64,000 nucleotides of DNA from Longimicrobiales bacterium (GTDB lineage Bacteria; Gemmatimonadota; Gemmatimonadetes; Longimicrobiales; Gaopeijiaceae), in contig CBDFMQ010000002.1 in the NCBI GenBank assembly GCA_965249725.1, positions 896,001-960,000 on the forward strand, read 5' to 3'. A model generated the notes under the pieces. The model was not told the DNA's origin. It was given only the letters and a program-made list of their open reading frames with translations, and did no database searches. Positions 21,796-31,071 of this stretch are shown here, one piece after another. Every line of letters starts with the position of its first letter. Position 1 is the first letter of the stretch. The translations under genes were made by a program, and so were the position numbers.

Positions 21796-22164
21796 ATGGA
21801 ACGGACATTCGCCCTGATTGGATCACTGTTTGCGATGATGGCCGTGATCTTCGGCGCCTTCGGCGCACACGCTCTTCGAAGCCGCCTGAGCCCGGAGGAC
21901 CTGGTCACCTTCGAGACCGGGGTTCGCTATCAGACGTACCATGCTCTGGCGCTGCTCGCCGTCGCATGGGCGGTGTCGCGATGGCCGTCGGGCGCTGCCA
22001 CAGCAGCCGGATGGTTCTTCATCGCGGGCATCGTGGTCTTTTCGGGAAGCTTGTACGTGTTGGTGCTGACCGGACAACGCTGGCTGGGCGCCGTCACCCC
22101 CTTAGGGGGACTGGCCATGATCTGCGGGTGGGGGTGTCTGGCTTGGGCCGTGTCCCGCGGCTGA
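21796..22164 (+). CDS. DUF423 (YgdD/TMEM256) membrane protein
   Basis: GAFGAHAL, YQ.YHALAL, FSGSLY, GAVTPLGG. Confidence 0.92.
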   Translation: MERTFALIGSLFAMMAVIFGAFGAHALRSRLSPEDLVTFETGVRYQTYHALALLAVAWAVSRWPSGAATAAGWFFIAGIVVFSGSLYVLVLTGQRWLGAVTPLGGLAMICGWGCLAWAVSRG

Positions 22165-22415
22165 ACGAGGAGCTCCTGGGGCCCTAGCACGGCCCTCGCC
22201 GCCCAGATCGGTTCCGGAGGCCACTGACACGATCGACACCCTGAGACGTACATATCCAGCGAAGAGTCCGGGAACCCCCTCACTCGATCTGGGTCTTTCA
22301 CTTGGGGTACCGGATTTGTCTGTTCCCGCAGGTGCGGGATACACTTGATCATCCGCCGTGGGCTGAGCCTGTGGCTCCAAGGATGGCACTCGAAAACCGC
22401 CGGAGGCTCGTAGGC

Positions 22416-24290
22416 ATGCGCAGACCCCATCTCGCTCTCTTAGTCCTGTCCCTCACGCTTCTCTCTGCGTGTGGAGTTGGGGAGACAGCGGTAAAGCCGA
22501 CTCTGACTTCACCAACGGTGCAGCCCCCACCGCCGCCGCCGCCGCCTCCGCCACCTCCCACAGCGGAGGTGCTGTGTCCTCCGGGGGGTGATATCGTCAT
22601 GGCGTTGGGTGAGCAGGTCATCGTCCAGAATCAGTCGACGTACTGCTTCAACTTCGGCGCCACCGGTTCAGTGAGAGAGTACCTCTTGGGAGTCCAGTCG
22701 GTGGGCGAGGGTGGAGTGGCCGTACGCAACATCACGGTGAGCGGTGGGCTGGTGACGGCCGCCGCCGAGCAGGCCCCCGCGATCGAGGCTCCGGCCGTGC
22801 AGTTGGGAGTAGGCGCGGCGCCGACGATCGCGTCCGCGCTTCGTGCGAATCCCGGTTTCGAGCTCCTGCAGAATCACCGGATGGCCCACAGGGCCATGCT
22901 GTCCCGCATGATCGAACCGGTCCGCGACGCCAAGCCTCGAGCGTTCTTGTCAGGGGCCCAGCCGGGTCCTGCCGCCGCTCCACCCGGAATCGTCACAGGC
23001 GATGAGGCGGTCGGCGACCAGGTGGAGTTCAGAGTCCGAAAGAGCAACTCCCGTGACTGCGAGGCCCCGGCGAGCGCCACGATCACGGCAGAGCTCCGGG
23101 TCAAGAATAACCTCTCCATGTGGTTCGTAGACGTCACGAATCCCGCCGAGGGTTTCAGCGATGTGCAACTTCAAGAGATGGCCGACCTCTTCGACGATTT
23201 CATCTACTCCACCGAAACCGAGTATTTAGGAGTCCCGAACGACAAGGACGGAAACAAGCGGATTGGCATCGTCCTTACGAAGCAGATCAACGTCGACAAC
23301 ACTCCAGAGCGTACGGTCATCGGTTTCGTGAACCCCTGTGACTTTTTCACCCGGGGTGAAGAGAACGTCCACACCAGCAACGAAGGAGAGTTCTTCTACG
23401 CAGTGGCCCCAGATCCGACGGGGGAACACGGACAAGAGATGGACGTGGACGGCTTGTTCGACTTCCTCCCGGTGGTGATAACGCATGAAGTGGCTCACGT
23501 GATTCAATTCAGCCACCGCTTCGGGCAGACCGGCGACCTCATGGCGTCATTCATGGCGGAAGGTCAGGCCACGCTCGCCGAGGAGCTGGTGGGTCACGCG
23601 ATTCTCGCGAAAGCTCCCGGCCAGAACCTCGACGCAGACGTCGCGTTCGGTTTCGAGGAGACTCAGCCCTATCCCTGGTACTGGAATCCGTGGATCGACC
23701 TCGTGTACTACTTCGGTTGGCCCGGCGGAGAAGAGGTCGACGAGTTCACGCCCCGCGTCGAGGAGGCGCCGCACGAGTGCACTTGGACCGTCGAGGGAGA
23801 GGACGACCCGTGTGGCAGTCGCCCGCTCTGGTACGGGGTGACGTGGTCCTTCCTCCGATGGGCGGCCGATCAATTCGGCGAGGACTTCGGAGGCGAGCAG
23901 GGTCTGCATCAGGCCTTGATCAGCAACAACGTCGCCGGATTCGACAATCTCAGGGATGTCCTGCTCCAATATGGTCCACTGGAGGATCTCCTGGCTCAGT
24001 GGGCGGCAGCGTTCTACATGGATGATCGCCCGGGTCAATCCGATCCAAGGCACAACGTCTCCAGCTGGAACTACTTCAGTGCGGATGTCCGCCTGCCGCC
24101 CCAGGCATGGCTCGAGCCCGTTCGCAAATCGTTCGGCAGCTTCTCGGAAGACGTGAAGGTCCGCGACCCGTCCACCGCCTACTTCCTGATTGGTGGATCG
24201 ACCGCGCCTCAGTTCTCCCTCAAGGTCGAGGGAGCCGGTGGTGGTACGCTGGGCTCGGACATTCAGGTGTGGTTGGTACGGACGAAGTAG
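22416..24290 (+). CDS. Lipoprotein with zinc-metalloprotease motif and poly-Pro linker
   Basis: LSAC lipobox after ATG 22416, Pro x12, THEVAH and downstream AEGQA. Confidence 0.75.
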   Translation: MRRPHLALLVLSLTLLSACGVGETAVKPTLTSPTVQPPPPPPPPPPPPTAEVLCPPGGDIVMALGEQVIVQNQSTYCFNFGATGSVREYLLGVQSVGEGGVAVRNITVSGGLVTAAAEQAPAIEAPAVQLGVGAAPTIASALRANPGFELLQNHRMAHRAMLSRMIEPVRDAKPRAFLSGAQPGPAAAPPGIVTGDEAVGDQVEFRVRKSNSRDCEAPASATITAELRVKNNLSMWFVDVTNPAEGFSDVQLQEMADLFDDFIYSTETEYLGVPNDKDGNKRIGIVLTKQINVDNTPERTVIGFVNPCDFFTRGEENVHTSNEGEFFYAVAPDPTGEHGQEMDVDGLFDFLPVVITHEVAHVIQFSHRFGQTGDLMASFMAEGQATLAEELVGHAILAKAPGQNLDADVAFGFEETQPYPWYWNPWIDLVYYFGWPGGEEVDEFTPRVEEAPHECTWTVEGEDDPCGSRPLWYGVTWSFLRWAADQFGEDFGGEQGLHQALISNNVAGFDNLRDVLLQYGPLEDLLAQWAAAFYMDDRPGQSDPRHNVSSWNYFSADVRLPPQAWLEPVRKSFGSFSEDVKVRDPSTAYFLIGGSTAPQFSLKVEGAGGGTLGSDIQVWLVRTK

Positions 24291-24347
24291 TTGCGCCGGC
24301 GGGAGTGATCGGCGCGAATGAGGTAGTCTAGACGGAGGCCGTGGGGA

Positions 24348-25325
24348 TCAGCCCGCGGCCTCCGTTACTTCTCGTACCCGCTCGGCCGAGACGTTCCCGC
24401 CGCTGACCACGACGGCTACGGGGGATCCGGGTTGGCGGGGAGTCCAGGCTCCCGTGAGCACCGCCGCCAGGGCCACGGCTCCGCCACCCTCCACCACCAG
24501 GTGCAACTCCCGAGCGGCGTAGCCCATGGCCTGGGCGATGGCCTCTTCCGGGACCGTGACGTGCTGATCGATGTAGTCTCGGATGATCGGGAAGCTGTAC
24601 CGATTGTCGAGCCCGATGCCACCGGAAAGGGCGTTCGCCAAGGTCGCTTCCTCTTCCATTTCGATCGGGTGGCCGGCCTGCAGGCTCGACAGCATTACGG
24701 TGGCTCGATCCGCGGAAACGGCGGTAACGCTCACGTCCGGTCGGATCTCCTTGACGGCGTAGGCGATCCCGCCCGCCAGGCCACCGCCGGAAAGAGCGAC
24801 CAGCACCTCCGACACATCAGGCAGCTCCTCGAGGATCTCCAATCCCACTGTCCCCTGCCCCGCGATCACCCATGGATCGTCGAAAGGATGCACGAACGTG
24901 AGTCCACGCTCACTCGCGAGCTCCGAGGCCCGTGCGTCGGCCTCGTCGTAGGTGTCGCCCGCGAGCACCACTTCGGCGCCGGCCGCCTCCATGGCTCGGT
25001 GCTTTACCGGATCCACCCAGTTCGGAACACAGATCGTGGCAGGAACGCCCATGACCCCGGCGACGTGAGCCACTGCTCGCCCGTGGTTGCCGCTGGAGCA
25101 CGTGACCACGCCGCGAGCCCGCTCCTCACCGGTCAGAGCCGTCATTCGATTAGCGGCTCCACGGATCTTGAAGGAACCGGTCACCTGAAGGCTCTCGAGC
25201 TTCAAGTAGAGGTCTGCTCCGGCCAGCTCACTGAGGTGCGAGGCCCACAGGAGAGGAGTTCGCGTAACGAACTCGCTGACGGCCTTCTGGGCCGCGTCCA
25301 CGTCGAATTCAAGGCTCATGTTCAA
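24348..25325 (-). CDS. PLP-dependent threonine/serine dehydratase (EutB-like)
   Basis: TGSFKIRGA, SSGNHG, HPFDDP..IAGQGT, GGIGLDNRY. Confidence 0.88.
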   Translation of the reverse strand: MNMSLEFDVDAAQKAVSEFVTRTPLLWASHLSELAGADLYLKLESLQVTGSFKIRGAANRMTALTGEERARGVVTCSSGNHGRAVAHVAGVMGVPATICVPNWVDPVKHRAMEAAGAEVVLAGDTYDEADARASELASERGLTFVHPFDDPWVIAGQGTVGLEILEELPDVSEVLVALSGGGLAGGIAYAVKEIRPDVSVTAVSADRATVMLSSLQAGHPIEMEEEATLANALSGGIGLDNRYSFPIIRDYIDQHVTVPEEAIAQAMGYAARELHLVVEGGGAVALAAVLTGAWTPRQPGSPVAVVVSGGNVSAERVREVTEAAG

Positions 25326-25385
25326 GGCTCATCGGGCTAGTCTAACGAGCTTCAGATCGCTCAGCCACCGGCTCCGCCACCGGCC

Positions 25386-25520
25386 GTGGGGATCCCCCCA
25401 ACGGTCCCCCGCCTCCTGGGGCTCGAGAGCCTGGTAGGCAACACTCCCCTGTTGGCGATCGATTTCGTCTTCCAGGGACAGAACCGCAGACTCTTCGCGA
25501 AGCCGGGTCCGATCCTCTAG
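25386..25520 (+). pseudogene. N-terminal remnant of a PLP cysteine-synthase-like gene
   Basis: Manual translation ...LESLVGNTPLLAIDFVFQGQNRRLFAK then diverges and stops. Confidence 0.6.
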
Positions 25521-25557
25521 GCTGACTCTGCTCCCAACCCGGAGGAACCCGGAGGCC

Positions 25558-26217
25558 CTACTGCCTCAAGTCGGGTCCGCCGCCGCCTTGGTACACATAG
25601 CGGATGGTCACGCACCCAGCGGTGGCGCCCGGACAGTAGTAGCTCAGAATCTCGAAGATGGCGTAGCGCCCGTCAGCGGTGCGCACCGCGTACACGTGCG
25701 GCTTCGCCTTGAGGATGTGGCTCGTCCAACTGTACGTGTACCACCGGGCGATCGCCGGGTTGGCCATCTCGGCGTTGGCCTGATTGGTCTCGTAGTCCCC
25801 CGTCGGCACGTGGGTGACGGAATCCAGCGCGACCTCGCCCAGGTCCAGGATGCCGCCCTCCCCGCTCAGGCCGGGACCTCCATTGGCGAGGATCGTGAAT
25901 CTCCGGAACGCCAGGTCCCACCCGAGAGGATCGGGCTCGCCCTCGATCGCCGAGCCGGTAGAGAAATCGAAGTAGGTGAGCTGATTGCGGCGGCCATCTA
26001 CCGTATAGACCAAGGGGCCGACCGTGGTCTCCCCGACCTCTTCGGGGTCCACGGCCGAGACCGTATACCATTGGAGCTCCGGGCTCTGCAGGCTCTCCAT
26101 CACGAACCAGACGGCTGCGACGAGCAAGCCACACACCACGACGAGCGCTACCCACGGAACACGAGGTAGCTCGCGGGGCGTCTCTTCCTCCGTCGATGTC
26201 GGTGTCTCAGCAGGCAT
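25558..26217 (-). CDS. HmuY family heme-binding protein
   Basis: YFDFSTG, WDLAFRRF.I..NGG, WY.Y...H, VRTADGRYA....SYY. Confidence 0.82.
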   Translation of the reverse strand: MPAETPTSTEEETPRELPRVPWVALVVVCGLLVAAVWFVMESLQSPELQWYTVSAVDPEEVGETTVGPLVYTVDGRRNQLTYFDFSTGSAIEGEPDPLGWDLAFRRFTILANGGPGLSGEGGILDLGEVALDSVTHVPTGDYETNQANAEMANPAIARWYTYSWTSHILKAKPHVYAVRTADGRYAIFEILSYYCPGATAGCVTIRYVYQGGGGPDLRQ

Positions 26218-26394
26218 GCGTCGTGTCAGTGGCGTCGTGGGAGTGGGGTGGGCCTCAAGTCTATCGGAAGCTAGCCTGTCCCTTCAAGGCGTTTCGGCTC
26301 GTCAGACAATGATTGCTCGTTCTGCCGACCGTGGGCATCTTTGATATAGGACCGACAACGAAGCCCCCCCGACGCGGAGTACCTGGCACGTAGC

Positions 26395-26934
26395 ATGACG
26401 CATCCTCGCATAAAGAAATGGGAAGACGCTGCCACCTTTCCGGTGGTCGATGTCCCATTCGTATGGCGTGGTCGCAGATCGCCTCACTCCGACCAAACCT
26501 CCGAGCCCCAAAGAGAAAACCTCAAACGTTCACAGCGCGACCGCCTAAGAGGGCGGACCGCCGCCGTGCACGGTCTACGCCTGTCGTTGCTCCTCGGCCT
26601 ATTGGTGGGCTGGGTCTACGCAGAGGTCAATCCACTTAGCGTGGCTTCGGCGGAGCAATGCACGGAATTCGGCACTGCCCTCGGGCCCACTCTGAAGCAC
26701 AAGATCCGGAAGTCTCTCGGCACCCGCGGAGCCCCGCGTGGGCAAGACAACGCGCTCAGCATGAAGGTGTGCGATCCCCAGCTGGTGGCCATGCTTCCGA
26801 CCCTCGGTGCTCAGATCGCTCAATCGCCCGAGTTCCGCGAGGTCGCCAAGATGTTCAAGGCAGGCGAGGACGATCTCAGCACCATGTCGTTGCTCAAGAC
26901 CATCATTTCGAGCGGGAGCAACGGGGGGCCCTAA
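26395..26934 (+). CDS. Hypothetical protein (start uncertain)
   Basis: Only sizeable ORF in the gap; signal-like hydrophobic stretch; stop abuts the qhpE stop. Confidence 0.4.
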   Translation: MTHPRIKKWEDAATFPVVDVPFVWRGRRSPHSDQTSEPQRENLKRSQRDRLRGRTAAVHGLRLSLLLGLLVGWVYAEVNPLSVASAEQCTEFGTALGPTLKHKIRKSLGTRGAPRGQDNALSMKVCDPQLVAMLPTLGAQIAQSPEFREVAKMFKAGEDDLSTMSLLKTIISSGSNGGP

Positions 26935-26937
26935 CCC

Positions 26938-27687
26938 TCATCCTCGGCCGGTCAGCATCTCCAGGATGTCGGCAACCGATCGGATTTCCGGTCGGTCCTG
27001 CAGGAGACACGCAAGCACTCCCGTAGTGTTCGCCGCCGCGAAGCTCACGCCCTTCAAGTTTCGCTCGGGAGAGACCCCGGGGATCGGCCTCGGAAAGCCC
27101 GACGCAACGAACACCGGCTCCCCGCCTTCGTCGTACACCACGCGGAGTTGATCTCTCGGGCATCCCCAGTCCAGAGCCACGCCAGCAGCCCCCTCCAGGC
27201 TTCCGGGCAGCCATGCGTGGCCCTCGTGTGCCTTGGGTGAGACGACGATCGCCCCACTCTCTTTCGCCCGATTGACCGCGGCCCACAGAGGCAGTTCGTG
27301 CTCGGGCTTCGCCGTGCCTAGACTGAGATTGACGATGCGGGCCCCTCGAGCGATCGCCTCGTCGATGGCCTTCACCAAGACGCCCGTAGACGTGGAGAGG
27401 GTGCGGCCGAAGACCTTGATCGTGAAAATGGCCGCGTCGGGCGCCTTCTCCCTGATCGCCGCCGTGACTGCCGTGCCGTGTCCGAGCCGGTCCACGTAGT
27501 CGTCGTGGAGTGCCCCGTCGTCGTCGATGGCGATCCCTCCGACGACGCCCCCCACGTGGGGATGGTCTGCATGCACCCCGCTGTCGATGACGGCAACGAA
27601 CACACCCTTCCCGTTGCGTCCCTCGAGGACCGGGTGTTCCGGCGAGAGGCGCGTCTCGGCGGCAGGGCCTGGCGGTGAGTCGCTCAC
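26938..27687 (-). CDS. qhpE: Subtilisin-like leader peptidase for the QHNDH gamma subunit
   Basis: VAVIDSG, GHGT, VNLSLG, GVSFA triad; small cytoplasmic S8 in the qhp cluster. Confidence 0.85.
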   Translation of the reverse strand: MSDSPPGPAAETRLSPEHPVLEGRNGKGVFVAVIDSGVHADHPHVGGVVGGIAIDDDGALHDDYVDRLGHGTAVTAAIREKAPDAAIFTIKVFGRTLSTSTGVLVKAIDEAIARGARIVNLSLGTAKPEHELPLWAAVNRAKESGAIVVSPKAHEGHAWLPGSLEGAAGVALDWGCPRDQLRVVYDEGGEPVFVASGFPRPIPGVSPERNLKGVSFAAANTTGVLACLLQDRPEIRSVADILEMLTGRG

Positions 27688-29447
27688 GGGGACGTCCTGT
27701 TGGTGATCGTCCCTCCGCTGTGGCCATCAGCGCCGAACAGGTCACGGAACGGTCCGGGCCGGTCCAGGAGCTCCCCTGGAGGTCCCTCCGCGACGATCCG
27801 CGCTCCGTCGATCACGACGACCCGGTCGGCCCGTCCGGCCAGCTCGAGGCGATGGGTGATCAGCACCGTCGTCCGATTCCGCATGACGGCCTCGTAACCC
27901 TCGATGACCTGCCCCTGCGCCACGGGATCCAGGGACGCGGTCGCTTCGTCCAACACCAGGACCGCAGGGTCGGCGAGGAGCGCTCGCGCCACGGCGATGC
28001 GCTGGCGTTCTCCAGCGGAAATGGCCAGTCCGCGGTCCCCGACGTTGGTTTGGAGCCCATCCGGCAGCCGAGCGAGGAACTCCGACAGGCCCGCCGCTTC
28101 GGCGGCCAAGGCGATCTCGCCGTCGGCGGCGTCGGGGCGCGCGTACCCGATGTTCTCGGCGATCGTGGTGTTGAACACGAAGGGCTGTTGATCGACCGTG
28201 ACTACGCATCTTCGGATCTCGGCCAGCGACAGGTCCCGTAGGTCATGACCGTCGAGCAGGACGCGCCCGGAGTCCGGGTCCAGGTGTCGAGCCAGAAGGT
28301 CGGAGACGGTGGACTTGCCGCCCCCACTCGGACCCACGATGGCGAGAATCTCTCCCTGGCCGACTTCGAAGGAGATGTCCTCCAACACAGGGCCGCCCCG
28401 ATCGAACGAGAACGTGACCCCCTCGAACGACACGTCGCCCCTGGCATGGGCAAGCGCTGTCGGTGAGTCGGTCTCCACGACCTCGGGAGCCACGTCCAGG
28501 ATCTCGTGCACTCGGCGCAGGGACACCTTGGCCGTCGCAAAGTTGGTCCACAGGCCCATGAGCCCCTGGACCGGCGTGAGCAGTCTCATCTGGTACGCCA
28601 TGAACGCCACGAACGTACCCAGCGAGATCGCCCCGCTGATCACCCGCGATCCTCCGTAGAGGAAGACCACCGCCGTGCCCGCCGAGAGAATTAGACCGGG
28701 CAGCCCACCTGCCATATACGTGAGCCACCGCATGGACATGAGCGAATCGACAAACGAGTCGTTCTTGCCGCTGAAGCGGTTCACTTCCCGTCCCTGGGCA
28801 TTCGAAGACACCACCAGTTTCATGCCCTGGAGCGTCTCGATGAGGAACGTTCCAATGTCGGCGCTGCGTTGGCGAAGCTCCGCCACGCTCACCTCGAGCT
28901 GACGGCGAAACCGCACGAGTGCCCACAAGCTGGGCGGCATCATGATCAGGCTCACCACGAAGAGGCGGGCGTCGAGCCAGACCAGCATCACGACCGTTCC
29001 GAGCAGGAAGATCACGTTGCCCAACCATGCGAGAGCCGTCTCCGAAGCCACGCGCTGGATCTCACTGATATCGCTGTTGATGCGCGATACGATCTCGCCG
29101 AGCGTGGTGCTGGCATAGAAGCGCGGGGACAACCTCTGGAGGTGGCGGTAGAGCTCCAGCCTCATGTCGAAGAGGATGTCGGCCGAGACCCGCGTGTAGC
29201 GTAGGCCGCTGGCCACGTTCATGACGAACGAAACCGCTGTGATGCCGACGAAGAGGCCCGTGATGCGCCCAAGGGCACCCATATCGCGCCCGAGCAACGC
29301 AGAATCGACCAGGAGCTTGGACAGATAGGGAATGAACAGCGAGAGGACCGTACCCGTGAGGCTCAACGCCAGGACGAGCACGAGGCGACTCCAATAAGGA
29401 GCGACGTACGCCAGGACGCGTCTCAGGTCAGAACGATCCTGTTCCAT
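27684..29447 (-). CDS. qhpF: ABC exporter (TMD+NBD), probable gamma-subunit exporter
   Basis: 6 TM, GPSGGGKST, SAGERQR, LDEAT; cluster context. Confidence 0.82.
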   Translation of the reverse strand: MEQDRSDLRRVLAYVAPYWSRLVLVLALSLTGTVLSLFIPYLSKLLVDSALLGRDMGALGRITGLFVGITAVSFVMNVASGLRYTRVSADILFDMRLELYRHLQRLSPRFYASTTLGEIVSRINSDISEIQRVASETALAWLGNVIFLLGTVVMLVWLDARLFVVSLIMMPPSLWALVRFRRQLEVSVAELRQRSADIGTFLIETLQGMKLVVSSNAQGREVNRFSGKNDSFVDSLMSMRWLTYMAGGLPGLILSAGTAVVFLYGGSRVISGAISLGTFVAFMAYQMRLLTPVQGLMGLWTNFATAKVSLRRVHEILDVAPEVVETDSPTALAHARGDVSFEGVTFSFDRGGPVLEDISFEVGQGEILAIVGPSGGGKSTVSDLLARHLDPDSGRVLLDGHDLRDLSLAEIRRCVVTVDQQPFVFNTTIAENIGYARPDAADGEIALAAEAAGLSEFLARLPDGLQTNVGDRGLAISAGERQRIAVARALLADPAVLVLDEATASLDPVAQGQVIEGYEAVMRNRTTVLITHRLELAGRADRVVVIDGARIVAEGPPGELLDRPGPFRDLFGADGHSGGTITNRTSP

Positions 29448-29501
29448 CTGCGGGTCCCGGATCAGACCCTCATCGACTCGAGGGTGCCGGAAGTGACCCT
29501 C

Positions 29502-30629
29502 CTACGGACCGTCGGTCCCGGGCAGGAAGACCCAGCCCCTCATGTCTCCGCCCACATCGACCGTCTTCAGGAGCTCGTAGGTCTCCGAGTCGTAGACGTC
29601 GATGGTGTTGCCGGCGACATGGACGTAGAGGTACTTGCCGTTGGAACTCACCGCGAGGCCCATCCGGGAACGCCCGGCGAATGGCTGACGGTGGGTGACC
29701 CTTCCCTCTTCCAGGTCGATGGCCCAGAACTCGTAGTGGCCCACCTCGGCATAGAGGGCCCACGCCTTCTTGCCGCCCGGAGCCATCGCGAAGCGTCCGA
29801 CCGGTTGGTTGGGGCCGAGGGTGTAGAAGTCCATCTCGCGATCGGCCAGGTTCACCCGCGCGATGCCCATCATCCGTCGGTGGTTGATGGGGTCGGTCAT
29901 CCGAACCAGCCCTGTGAAGAACCCGGGCTCCTCGTAGTAGCTCGATCCGAAGCTCGGCCTCACGTTACCCAGCCCGGGCTCGAAATCCTCGCTGATCGCC
30001 CAGCGATCCACCTCCGTGAAGTTCTCGGTCTCGAGGACGATCATGTCCTCGGCCTGGAAATAGGCGAGGCTTCCGTCCGGAGAGAAGCGGAACGTCGCCC
30101 GAGAGCGCTCGTGTCCGCCGGGCCACGGGATCGTGTCCATCACCTCGTGGTTCTCGAGGTCGTAGCGGATGATCACGTTGGAGTGGATCTCGTACCGGTC
30201 CAACTGCTTGACCCGGCTGGACCCGGTGATCAGGGCGTAGGTCTCCTGAGGATTGACGGCGAATCCTCCGCGGATCCGGAACCGTCGGTCCCCGTCGTTC
30301 AACGTGAACTTGTCGATGGACTCGCGAGTGGCCAGATCGATGATCTCGACGTGTTCGTACGTGGCATCGGTGACGTAGATGCGCTCACGATCATCGGAGA
30401 CGACGAGGCGGCCGACGATGCCGTTCTGGGTCGGAATCGTGTCCACGAGCTCGAGCGTCCGCTCGTCGACCACGTGAATACGGGGTGCGTAGGTACCGGT
30501 GTAGAAGACCCCGGTGCCTCCCGAGATCGCATCGCCCGACTGCTGCCCCGCAAGTGCAGCCGGCACCGTGGCGCTGAGTAGAAGGGCGAGGCAGCCGCCG
30601 ACCAACGTGATCTCGATCCGTCTGATCAT
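29502..30629 (-). CDS. qhpB: Quinohemoprotein amine dehydrogenase beta subunit (beta-propeller)
   Basis: Signal peptide, YVTN-like repeats, C-terminal IDVYD..T...L..V..GGDM; ATG 30629 with RBS. Confidence 0.85.
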   Translation of the reverse strand: MIRRIEITLVGGCLALLLSATVPAALAGQQSGDAISGGTGVFYTGTYAPRIHVVDERTLELVDTIPTQNGIVGRLVVSDDRERIYVTDATYEHVEIIDLATRESIDKFTLNDGDRRFRIRGGFAVNPQETYALITGSSRVKQLDRYEIHSNVIIRYDLENHEVMDTIPWPGGHERSRATFRFSPDGSLAYFQAEDMIVLETENFTEVDRWAISEDFEPGLGNVRPSFGSSYYEEPGFFTGLVRMTDPINHRRMMGIARVNLADREMDFYTLGPNQPVGRFAMAPGGKKAWALYAEVGHYEFWAIDLEEGRVTHRQPFAGRSRMGLAVSSNGKYLYVHVAGNTIDVYDSETYELLKTVDVGGDMRGWVFLPGTDGP

Positions 30630-30701
30630 TCTCGATTCCTCTTTATCCGTTACTGCCAACGACATGCGCTTCCGCCCAACACATCCGTTACCGCCCACGA
30701 C

Positions 30702-31061
30702 CTAGGGGAAAATCAGGTCGAGCTTCCGCCAGTCTTGCTGCGCCGTGGCACATTTCGACGTCCAGTCCGGCGCATGATTGAGATGGTCCGGAACCTGGAC
30801 CGGCCAGAAGCAGCCGTTGTAGCAGTCGAAGAGGTCACGTTCCACCGGCTGACAAAGACCGGCCGTGCCACCACTGGAGTCCACTTCCCAGCCCGGCGCG
30901 AAGACGAGCGAGCACCCGAGCGGAATGTGAGGCCCCGTCGGCGACCGGCTCTCGAGAGCGACAACGTCGTGATCGCCATTGGCGGCCACGGCTTCACGCT
31001 CCCGACGGGTGTGGTCCTCGATGCGTGATGCCTTCTGATTGATCGCCCTGATGTGTTTCAT
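30702..31061 (-). CDS. qhpC: QHNDH gamma subunit precursor (CTQ-bearing)
   Basis: MKHI.AIN.KA leader; GC....PGWEVD, LCQP.E.DL..C...C.WP.QVPD, DWRKL. Confidence 0.96.
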   Translation of the reverse strand: MKHIRAINQKASRIEDHTRREREAVAANGDHDVVALESRSPTGPHIPLGCSLVFAPGWEVDSSGGTAGLCQPVERDLFDCYNGCFWPVQVPDHLNHAPDWTSKCATAQQDWRKLDLIFP

Positions 31062-31071
31062 ATGTCTCCCC

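Noticed and set aside
22524..22560. Poly-Pro / CCG tract as a phase-variation switch
   Set aside because: Triplet, mixed-codon and in frame; an ordinary lipoprotein linker.
26383..26400. Possible sigma-54 promoter (tggcacg...)
   Set aside because: The -12 TTGC element is absent (atga). The same applies to the minus-strand tggcacg near 55230.
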